Shown here piece after piece: positions 24,831 through 32,000 of a stretch of 32,000 nucleotides of DNA. Origin of the DNA: Aquifex aeolicus VF5 (lineage in GTDB: Bacteria > Aquificota > Aquificia > Aquificales > Aquificaceae); assembly GCF_000008625.1 (NCBI RefSeq), contig NC_000918.1, forward strand, positions 1,140,001-1,172,000. The letters run 5' to 3'. The notes under the pieces were generated by a model. It did no database searches, was not told the origin of the DNA, and saw only the letters and a program-made list of their open reading frames with translations. Positions within the stretch are counted from its first letter, which is position 1; each line of letters begins with the position of its first letter. A program made the position numbers and the translations under genes.

Positions 24831-26099
24831 ATGAGAGTTCCTGACCTGATTTTTTACCTCTTTTTCGAAAAGGAAAATAACAAAATTAGGAAAAATGTTG
24901 AAGATAAGTACCTAGAAATAGTGAGCGGTAAAAAAATTCAAAACCCTTCCGATGATCCCGCATCCACAAATCAAATACTGAACTTAAAAACAGAACTCAG
25001 TAAACTATCTCAGTTTTCAAGGAACAGGTTGTTTGCGGATACTGTCCTCTCGTATGCGGACACACTTCTTGCGGGAATAGAAGACCGCTTAAAGAGTCTT
25101 TACTCAAAAGTTATTCAGTTGTCAAATCAAGTTCACACTCCAGACCAGTTAAAAGCCGCAGCGAAGGAGTTTGAAGAAGCCCTGAAGCTTCTCCTGAACA
25201 CCGCAAACGAGAAGGTAGGGAATAACTACATATTTTCTGGAAATGCACTGACCACAAAACCCTTTGACGAAAACACTTTAACTTACAACGGCGGGAACGC
25301 AGAATTTGAGATTTTGATAGATGAGGGTTATAAATCTCCCGTTATCTTGAATGGAGGAAATATTTTTGACGGTATAGGAGGAATAGGTGAAACTTACACC
25401 GTGTATGAAATTGAAATAACAGGGTTTGATGATACTCCTGATAACGACGATACAGGTTTTAGAGTAGACAGTATAGAAATACGAGGTGATAATTTAGATG
25501 AAATTATTCAGAAGTTAAAAGAAAATTTCGGAGATTCCATGAACATATACCTTTACGAGAAGAGTGATGGAACACCCATCATACGCCTTGAAGCAAATAG
25601 GGATTTTACTGTGACGAATATCAACAATACAAACCCACGAGAGATAGACACAAATAGTCTCCTTATAAATAGATGGAATGCGACCAGAAATATTTTTGAA
25701 ACTATAAAATTTATTGCCGATGAACTGAGCGAAGGTAGATTGTTATTCAGTGGTCCTCTTATTTCTGAGGACTCAAACGATTACTTTAGTAATAATAGAC
25801 CTGATTACCAAGTAATCAGTAAACCCTTTAATAAGTCAACGGAAGTAAAGTTAATGGAACAAAGTGTAGAAAGAATTATAAACTTCAGAGCAAAGATTGG
25901 AAGCATTCTCAAGGAACTAAGAAATGAACAAAACTATCAGGAAGATAGAAAACTCGTCCTTGAAAAGCAAAAATCCGAGGCTGAAGACGCGGACCTTGCA
26001 AAGTCTATTTCCGAGTACGAACGCTACAGACTCGCTTACGATGCAATTATGAAACTCTTTGTAAACCACAAGAACATGAGCATACTCGATTACATTTAA
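24831..26099 (+). CDS. flgL: flagellar hook-associated protein 3 (hook-filament junction)
   Basis: Flagellin-N-like SGKKIQNPSDDPAST, and a C-terminal DADLAKSISEYERYRLAYDA helix. GAGGTAGTGAG Shine-Dalgarno region upstream. The central domain is AT-rich. Confidence 0.8.
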   Translation: MRVPDLIFYLFFEKENNKIRKNVEDKYLEIVSGKKIQNPSDDPASTNQILNLKTELSKLSQFSRNRLFADTVLSYADTLLAGIEDRLKSLYSKVIQLSNQVHTPDQLKAAAKEFEEALKLLLNTANEKVGNNYIFSGNALTTKPFDENTLTYNGGNAEFEILIDEGYKSPVILNGGNIFDGIGGIGETYTVYEIEITGFDDTPDNDDTGFRVDSIEIRGDNLDEIIQKLKENFGDSMNIYLYEKSDGTPIIRLEANRDFTVTNINNTNPREIDTNSLLINRWNATRNIFETIKFIADELSEGRLLFSGPLISEDSNDYFSNNRPDYQVISKPFNKSTEVKLMEQSVERIINFRAKIGSILKELRNEQNYQEDRKLVLEKQKSEAEDADLAKSISEYERYRLAYDAIMKLFVNHKNMSILDYI

Positions 26100-27430
26100 A
26101 CCATTATCCTTTCCACAAAGGTTATGTCGTGCTTTCCTTCTATAAACTCTTTCTGATCAAGTACCCTAAGGTGAAATTCCGTGTTGACCTTTAATCCCTT
26201 TCCTTCAATCTTTAGTTCTCCGAGAGCCCTTTTTCCTCTCGCTATCGCTTCCTGACGCGTATTTCCCCATACAATTATCTTTGCAAGCAGGGAGTCGTAA
26301 TAGGGCGGAACTGTGTAGCCTTGGTACAGGTGAGTGTCTACTCTGACTCCCGGACCTCCGGGAAGGATTAATTTTTCCACCTGCCCGGGAGAGGGAATAA
26401 AAGTTACTGGATCTTCAGCGTTTATCCTGAACTCTATAGCAAAACCATTAGTTTCCACTTTTTCAAGTTTTATCTCCTCTCCCATGGCTGCTATTAACTG
26501 GAGCTTTACTATGTCCACACCCGTTACCATCTCCGTTACCGGGTGTTCAACCTGTATCCTTCCGTTCATTTCCATAAAGTAAAAGTTCCCCTCTTCGTCC
26601 ATCAGGAACTCAACCGTCCCCGCGGAAGTGTAACCGAGTCTTTTACAAAATTCCGCTACCTTTTCGGAGATTTCCTTTCTTTTCTCTTCACTCACGGAAA
26701 CACTCGGAGCTTCTTCTATTAACTTCTGGTGTCTTCTCTGAATAGAGCATTCCCTTTCTCCGAGAACGTACACGTTTCCGTGTTCGTCCGCAATTACCTG
26801 AAACTCTATGTGTTTGGGATTTATCACGTACTTTTCTATGTAAAGCCTACCATCTCCGAAAGCACTTTCCGCCTCTTTCTTCGCTAAGGGAAACTTTTCC
26901 CTCAGTTCTTTTTCATCCCTTATTATTCTTATTCCCCTTCCTCCGCCTCCGGCCGCAGCCTTTATAACAACGGGATAACCTATCTTTGAAGCGAGTTTCA
27001 CAGCTTCAGAAAACTCAAGGGGCTCATCGCTTCCGGGAACTAAAGGGAGTCCTACTTCCTTTGCAACCTTCTTTGCCAGAACTTTATCCCCAATCTTCGC
27101 CAGAACCTCGGAGCGTGGTCCTATAAACTTCGCCCCGCTCTTTTCTACGATTTCCGCGAATTTTGGGTTCTCGGATAAAAATCCGTAGCCGGGATACACC
27201 GCATCAGCTTTACTCACTTCCAGTGCGGACATTATCCTCGGAATATCGAGATAACTCTTTGAAGGGTCGGGAGGACCTATGCATATAGCTTCGTCTGCGA
27301 GTTCTACATGGAGGCTGTTTTTGTCAGCCTCCGAGTAAATCGCCACAGTTTTCAATCCCAGTTCCCTACACGCCCTTATAGCCCTTACTGCGATTTCTCC
27401 CCTGTTGGCTATTAAAACCCTTTTGAACAT
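26096..27430 (-). CDS. accC: biotin carboxylase (AccC / pyruvate carboxylase subunit A family)
   Basis: MFKRVLIANRGEIAVRAIRAC, the ATP-grasp loop GGGGRGIR, and EMNGRIQVEHPVTE. Confidence 0.9.
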   Translation of the reverse strand: MFKRVLIANRGEIAVRAIRACRELGLKTVAIYSEADKNSLHVELADEAICIGPPDPSKSYLDIPRIMSALEVSKADAVYPGYGFLSENPKFAEIVEKSGAKFIGPRSEVLAKIGDKVLAKKVAKEVGLPLVPGSDEPLEFSEAVKLASKIGYPVVIKAAAGGGGRGIRIIRDEKELREKFPLAKKEAESAFGDGRLYIEKYVINPKHIEFQVIADEHGNVYVLGERECSIQRRHQKLIEEAPSVSVSEEKRKEISEKVAEFCKRLGYTSAGTVEFLMDEEGNFYFMEMNGRIQVEHPVTEMVTGVDIVKLQLIAAMGEEIKLEKVETNGFAIEFRINAEDPVTFIPSPGQVEKLILPGGPGVRVDTHLYQGYTVPPYYDSLLAKIIVWGNTRQEAIARGKRALGELKIEGKGLKVNTEFHLRVLDQKEFIEGKHDITFVERIMV

Positions 27431-27442
27431 TAAGAATACATT

Positions 27443-28447
27443 TTAAAGCTCATTCAGGAGTTTATCCGCTAAGCTTACCATTTCTTTTAAAGTTTTTGCA
27501 GAACGCAGAAGTTCTCTCTTTTCGTAACCGCTCAGGTTTACAAGCTCAAAGTCTTCAACTCCCTTCTTTCCGAGAACTACGGGCAGTCCTATGCACACTC
27601 CTTCTATTTCGTAGTGCTTTGCAGCTTCCCCTTCAACGTAAACGGAGCAAGGCATTACCCTTTTCCTGTCGTTGATTATAGACTCAACCATTATCACAAC
27701 CGAGGCGGCGGGTGCATAGTAGGCAGAAGTGCCCATAAGGGATACTATCTGCGCTCCACCTTTTCTGGTCTTTTCTATGAGTTCATCTATCTCGCTTGCA
27801 CTGAAAACTTCCTCTATCGGTTTGTCTCCTATAAAGCTGTGCGAGGTTACTGGCACCATTAAATCCCCGTGAGTTCCCAGAACCAGAGTCCTTATATCAG
27901 CGTTTGATATACCTATCTTTTCCTTTACGAAGTTTTTAAACCTTGCGGAATCGAGAACTCCGGCCATTCCGATAACCCTTCTCGGTTCAAATCCCGTCAA
28001 CTTTATGGTGGCGTAAGTGAGCGTATCCACAGGATTTGAAACCACTATAATTATTGAATCCTTCGCGTATTCCTTTATCGCATCCGTGAACTTTTTCAAG
28101 ATTTTTAAGTTTTCGTAGAGTAAATCCTCCCTGCTCATCCCCTCCCTTCGAGGTATTCCCGCGGTAATTACCACGATGTCTGAACCCTTTAGTTCTTCAA
28201 AACCCTCTTTGTCGTAGGAAATCCCTTTAACGTTTATATCTATGTCCATTAAAACAGCCATTTGTTTTAGATCAAGAGCCTTAGCTTTCGCAGGTTCTAA
28301 ACCTTTTTTATACCTCGCAAATAGGTAAACGTCTCCGAGGCCGAGGATCGTGAGGAGGTAGGCTACATTTTCCCCTACCTTTCCCGCACCTATTACACTA
28401 ATTTTTGGCTTTTTCATAAGAAATGAGTTTATCAATTTCCCTTTCAC
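27443..28447 (-). CDS. mdh: malate dehydrogenase (LDH-like MDH family)
   Basis: KISVIGAGKVG Rossmann motif. AGIPRREGMSREDL has Arg at the substrate-discriminating position, indicating malate. GTHGD is present. The track start is GTG at 28447. An ATG at 28417 (MKKPKISVIGAG) is an equally plausible start. Confidence 0.88.
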   Translation of the reverse strand: MKGKLINSFLMKKPKISVIGAGKVGENVAYLLTILGLGDVYLFARYKKGLEPAKAKALDLKQMAVLMDIDINVKGISYDKEGFEELKGSDIVVITAGIPRREGMSREDLLYENLKILKKFTDAIKEYAKDSIIIVVSNPVDTLTYATIKLTGFEPRRVIGMAGVLDSARFKNFVKEKIGISNADIRTLVLGTHGDLMVPVTSHSFIGDKPIEEVFSASEIDELIEKTRKGGAQIVSLMGTSAYYAPAASVVIMVESIINDRKRVMPCSVYVEGEAAKHYEIEGVCIGLPVVLGKKGVEDFELVNLSGYEKRELLRSAKTLKEMVSLADKLLNEL

Positions 28448-28979
28448 TTATAGGCTTATAATCATTCCACTCAACGTTTGCGTTTATACATTCTATTCTG
28501 TAATCCTTACAAGCACACTTTATTCCCTCTCTGTTCCAGTGGACGTGTCCGTGTATTAGGAGGTCGCAATTTTCTTTAAAGTAAATTTCTCTTACCATTT
28601 CCTGTCTGTCGGGATACCTTTCGGTTATGGGATCCTTTGCGGGGTAGTGGGAAAGGAGTATTCTCTTTCCTTTGTGTTCAATTATCTTGTAAAAGTCGTA
28701 AATTTCGTCAAAGTACTCTTTCAGGGATTCTTTGTCTTTGTCGTGGTTCCCCATAACGAGGATTTTTCTCCCCGGAAGGGCTTTCCATATTCTTAAATAC
28801 TCGTTCTTGTCGTTAAAGTGCCAAGTAAAATCTCCGAGGTGATACAAAGTGTCTTCGGGCTTTAAAACTTTCAGGAGGTTAGTAAGGATTACTATTTCAA
28901 AACCTTTGAACCTTACTTCTGGATTGAGATTTATTATGTTTTCGTGGTAGAAGTGTGTGTCGGAGATAAAGTACATCAT
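28398..28979 (-). CDS. calcineurin-like metallophosphoesterase
   Basis: The motif series ISDTHF, GDF, GNHD and GHVH is present. Confidence 0.75.
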   Translation of the reverse strand: MMYFISDTHFYHENIINLNPEVRFKGFEIVILTNLLKVLKPEDTLYHLGDFTWHFNDKNEYLRIWKALPGRKILVMGNHDKDKESLKEYFDEIYDFYKIIEHKGKRILLSHYPAKDPITERYPDRQEMVREIYFKENCDLLIHGHVHWNREGIKCACKDYRIECINANVEWNDYKPISEREIDKLISYEKAKN

Positions 28980-28998
28980 CGCTATTTATTTTAGAAAG

Positions 28999-29018
28999 GG
29001 CCTCCCGGGCGGGAGGCC
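28999..29018. other. perfect 8-bp GC hairpin GGCCTCCC-GGGC-GGGAGGCC
   Basis: Read directly from the sequence. It lies between thrS and the phosphoesterase gene. On the transcribed minus strand it is followed only by CTTTCT, so a terminator role is uncertain. Confidence 0.35.
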
Positions 29019-29025
29019 AAAAATC

Positions 29026-29053
29026 GGTGGAGGGAGGTGGGGGGAGGGAGGGG
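29026..29053 (+). repeat. 28-nt almost pure purine G-tract run GGTGGAGGGAGGTGGGGGGAGGGAGGGG
   Basis: Read directly. It contains four or more G3+ tracts separated by 1-4 nt (the G-quadruplex motif pattern) and reiterated GGAGG-like units. It is CCUCC-rich on the co-oriented transcript. Confidence 0.5.
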
Positions 29054-29231
29054 CTTTCTCACCTCTCTACTATTAAATTTATGCAATTGAAATTTTTTTG
29101 CAAGTTCTCCTAACTTCTTCATTCTCCGTAGTTTTCAAACCATTGACAGTTATAATAATATTACAATAAAATATAACTTGTTTATGACTACTATCATAAG
29201 AGGATTAATAAAAGCGGGAAAAGAGGGGAGA

Positions 29232-31148
29232 TTACTCTTTATTTTTTATCTTTTCTTTAATCCAGTCAAGGAATTTATTAAGTTCCATACTGCCGAGATT
29301 TCCTTCCTTTTTGGTTCTCACGGATACCGTATTGTTCTGAGCTTCCCTATCACCTACGACCAAGATAACCGGTATTTTCTTCAGTTCTGCGTCCCTTATC
29401 TTCGCATTCATTCTCTCTTCTCTTAAGTCCATTTCGGCCCTTATGCCGTTTTCCTTCAGGAACTCGTAGACTTTCTTAGCGTACTCGTGGTGACGATCCG
29501 CTATGGGGATAATCATTACCTGCGTTGGTGAGAGCCATATGGGAAGGAGTCCCGCGTAGTGTTCAAGGAGGATTCCCGTAAACCTCTCTATGGAACCGAG
29601 GAGTGCCCTGTGTATCATGTAAGGTCTGTGTTTCTTGTTGTCGGGCCCAACGTAAGTCATGTCAAACCTTTCGGGAAGGTTGAAGTCAAACTGTATGGTG
29701 GAGAGTTGCCACATCCTGCCTATGGCGTCCCTTATCTTTACGTCTATCTTCGGACCGTAGAAGGCTCCGCCTCCTTCGTCTATCTCGTACTCGTAGCCTA
29801 AATCTTCTATCGCCTTTTTAAGGGCGTTCTGAGAAACTTCCCACTGCTCGTCGGAACCTATTGAGTACTCGGGTCTCGTGGAGAGGTAAATCTTGAACTC
29901 GTTAAATCCGAAGTCTTTTAAGGTACTCAGGGCGAAGTCCAGAGTTTCCCTTATCACATCATTAACCTGCTCGGGTGTGCAGACTATGTGAGCGTCGTCC
30001 TGCGTAAAGCCCCTAACTCTGAGTAGTCCGTGGAGAACTCCAGAGAGCTCGTACCTGTAAACCGTTCCAAGTTCAAAGAGTTTTAGAGGTAGTTCCTTGT
30101 AGCTCCTTGTCCTGCTCTTGTATATTGCTATGTGGAAGGGGCAATTCATGGGCTTTACGTAGTACTCCTCTTCGTCTATCTTCATGGAAGGAAACATGTT
30201 CTGTTTGTAGCACTCAAGGTGTCCGCTCGTTTCCCAGAGCTTGGATTTTCCTACGTGGGGAGTGTAAACGAGCTGGTATCCTCTCTTTAGGTGTTCTTCC
30301 CTTAAATAGTCTTCCAGAACCTTTCTGTATATTGCTCCCCTCGGAAGCCACAGAATTAATCCAGCTCCCACGTTGTCGTCTATCGTGAAGAACTCCAGTT
30401 CCTTTCCGAGTCTCCTGTGATCCCTCTTCTTTACTTCCTCGTAGAACTTTAGCCTTTCCTTTACTTCTTTGTCGCTCCAGTAAGCTATACCGTAAATCCT
30501 TGTGAGCTGAGGCTGATCACTCCTTCCCTTCCAGTAAGCCCCTGAAATTGAAGTGAGTTTAAAGGCTCCTGCCTTCCCCGTTGAAGGGAGGTGAGGTCCT
30601 TTGCAGAGGTCTATAAAGTCCCCCTGTTCGTAAACGGAAATGACTTCCTCTTCTGGTATCTCCTTTATTATGTCTATCTTGTACTTTTCCTTTAATTTGT
30701 CAAAGAGTTTTATCGCCTCCTCCCTTGAGAGCTCCCTCCTCAGAATGGGATAATCCCTCTCTATTATCTCCTTCATCTTTTGTTCTATTTTGGGAAGATC
30801 CTCTTCAGTTATCTTGTGTCCTTCTACTTCAACGTCGTAGTAAAAGCCCTCCTCGGTGGTTGGCCCAACTCCTAGGTGAACCTTTTTAGCCCCGTAGAGT
30901 TCCTTTAAGGCTTGTGCCATTATGTGTGCGAGGGAGTGCCTCATTATCTCAAGGCTTTCCTTTGATCCCCTATATACGGGCTTTATCTCACCCGATTCCC
31001 TTACGGGTGTTTGCAGATCTATGATCTTTCCGTTTATTACTCCGCCGAGGGCGTCTTTTATACCTGCAAGCTCAAATATCTTTCCGAGAGGCGTTCCCTT
31101 CTCTACCTCGTACTCCTTTCCCTTAATCTTTACCTTAATCTTTTCCAT
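29232..31148 (-). CDS. thrS: threonyl-tRNA synthetase
   Basis: N-terminal TGS domain, the editing-domain motif HSLAHIMAQA, class II motifs (FRYE..SG..HGLLRVRGFTQDDAH and GGGAFYGPKID), and an anticodon-binding C-terminus. Confidence 0.95.
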   Translation of the reverse strand: MEKIKVKIKGKEYEVEKGTPLGKIFELAGIKDALGGVINGKIIDLQTPVRESGEIKPVYRGSKESLEIMRHSLAHIMAQALKELYGAKKVHLGVGPTTEEGFYYDVEVEGHKITEEDLPKIEQKMKEIIERDYPILRRELSREEAIKLFDKLKEKYKIDIIKEIPEEEVISVYEQGDFIDLCKGPHLPSTGKAGAFKLTSISGAYWKGRSDQPQLTRIYGIAYWSDKEVKERLKFYEEVKKRDHRRLGKELEFFTIDDNVGAGLILWLPRGAIYRKVLEDYLREEHLKRGYQLVYTPHVGKSKLWETSGHLECYKQNMFPSMKIDEEEYYVKPMNCPFHIAIYKSRTRSYKELPLKLFELGTVYRYELSGVLHGLLRVRGFTQDDAHIVCTPEQVNDVIRETLDFALSTLKDFGFNEFKIYLSTRPEYSIGSDEQWEVSQNALKKAIEDLGYEYEIDEGGGAFYGPKIDVKIRDAIGRMWQLSTIQFDFNLPERFDMTYVGPDNKKHRPYMIHRALLGSIERFTGILLEHYAGLLPIWLSPTQVMIIPIADRHHEYAKKVYEFLKENGIRAEMDLREERMNAKIRDAELKKIPVILVVGDREAQNNTVSVRTKKEGNLGSMELNKFLDWIKEKIKNKE

Positions 31149-31184
31149 AGAGATTTATTTTAGGCTTAGCTTATCTTTTTCAAT

Positions 31185-32000
31185 ATGAAGAAATCTCCCA
31201 AAATCAGTTTAATACTTGAAGCTTTCCAGAACCTTGAAAAGGCTTACGTTGACCTCAAAAAGAACCTTGAAATTCCAAAGGAGGAATTTGTTAAGAATAA
31301 ACTTGTTCAGGACAGGGTGAGGATAGACTTTAACCTCGCCTTTGAGAGTACAATGAGGGTGTGCAGGCACCTCTCCGCTGTTTACGGCGTAAAAACCTCT
31401 TCAAGGGACTGCCTTCCTAAAATTGCCGAGCATATAGGTCTTCCCTTTGCGGACAGGTTAAAGAAATTTTCCGAATTTTACTTCCGCTACAGGGACTTAA
31501 AAGACACCGTTTCTCCAGAAGAACTCTATGACTTTTTAAAGGAAAACCTCGTCCTTTTTAAAGAGTTTGCGAGGGGTGTTGTAGAGTACATAAAGAAGAC
31601 CACGGGCAATTACCTGTTGATAGACTTTGACCTTCTGAACGAAAAAGCGAAGTTCATAAAGGATTCCGTGAAGAAGATAGACTTCGTCCTGTCTCAGGGA
31701 GAAGAAGAGTTCAAGAAAACGCCTATGTACTACGACAGGGTGAAGTACTTCTATCAGGTGGCTTACGACTCGCTGTTTGACATATGCAAGCACCTCGCTC
31801 CAAAGTTCGGCATAAAGAAGTTCGGGGATGATTGCCTAACGAAAATGGTGGAAAAGGGGGTAATCCCTCCTGAATATTACGAAACTGTTCTGAAAATGAC
31901 GCTCCTTAAGAACAAGCTCATAAGCACGTGGGAGGTGAGTCCGGAAGAGCTTTACAGAAGTCTTAAAGAGCTAAATGACAAGTTCATCCCCGTTCTCAGG
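31185..32000 (+). CDS. tandem-duplicated DUF86/HepT-like (HEPN-superfamily) protein, partial, running off the window
   Basis: This ORF is not in the supplied track because no stop lies within the window. The ATG at 31185 opens 272 codons to the window end. My translation gives two homologous modules of about 130 aa (see findings). Confidence 0.62.
   Translation, partial: MKKSPKISLILEAFQNLEKAYVDLKKNLEIPKEEFVKNKLVQDRVRIDFNLAFESTMRVCRHLSAVYGVKTSSRDCLPKIAEHIGLPFADRLKKFSEFYFRYRDLKDTVSPEELYDFLKENLVLFKEFARGVVEYIKKTTGNYLLIDFDLLNEKAKFIKDSVKKIDFVLSQGEEEFKKTPMYYDRVKYFYQVAYDSLFDICKHLAPKFGIKKFGDDCLTKMVEKGVIPPEYYETVLKMTLLKNKLISTWEVSPEELYRSLKELNDKFIPVLR

Noticed and set aside
29140-29426. TTGACA-containing promoter-like sequence and the 82-aa plus-strand ORF at 29178-29426
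   Set aside because: The ORF runs antisense into the thrS 3' end and has hydrophobic, low-complexity content. AT-rich intergenic DNA yields promoter-like hexamers by chance. This is kept only as context for the intergenic finding.

Overview
This is a gene-dense chromosomal segment, about 90% coding by eye, from a hyperthermophilic Aquificae-type bacterium. It is very probably Aquifex aeolicus or a close relative. That call rests on memory, not a search: the tmRNA tag reads APEAELALAA, several proteins look like A. aeolicus BioW, TrmH and LpxK, and operons are scrambled and tightly packed. All product calls come from motif recognition by eye; no BLAST or HMM search was possible.

Contents in order:
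- A nuclease and repair-type cluster: MBL-fold hydrolase, 5'-3' exonuclease, endonuclease IV, and a DHH/DHHA1 phosphoesterase.
- A KamA-family radical-SAM aminomutase.
- gpsA, with an apparent 1-nt frameshift separating its NAD-binding GxGxxG N-terminus from the body.
- prs, immediately preceded by tRNA-Gln(UUG) and followed by a small zinc-ribbon ORF.
- A 726-aa three-part fusion (lipoate-protein ligase + DUF116-like Cys-rich domain + an unassigned C-terminal domain), divergent from an HdrD/GlcF-type Fe-S CCG-domain protein.
- A GT4 glycosyltransferase interrupted by a 1010-bp IS903-like IS5-family element with a 9-bp target duplication.
- tmRNA (ssrA).
- A partial ribosomal protein cluster, rplN-rplX-rplE-rpsZ-rpsH-rplF-rplR-rpsE-rpmD-rplO, followed by rplU. 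Several of these proteins carry lineage-specific insertions or extensions.
- A V4R-domain protein and lpxK.
- A bioW, class II aldolase-like and GcvH-like operon.
- A gamma-carbonic-anhydrase-like protein and trmH.
- flgK and flgL.
- accC, mdh, a metallophosphoesterase and thrS on the minus strand.
- A partial tandem-duplicated DUF86/HEPN-like gene that runs off the window end and is absent from the ORF track.

No CRISPR array and no rRNA were seen. The most unusual item is the LplA-DUF116 fusion paired with the CCG Fe-S protein. I found no unambiguous new multi-gene system, so the findings are graded accordingly.
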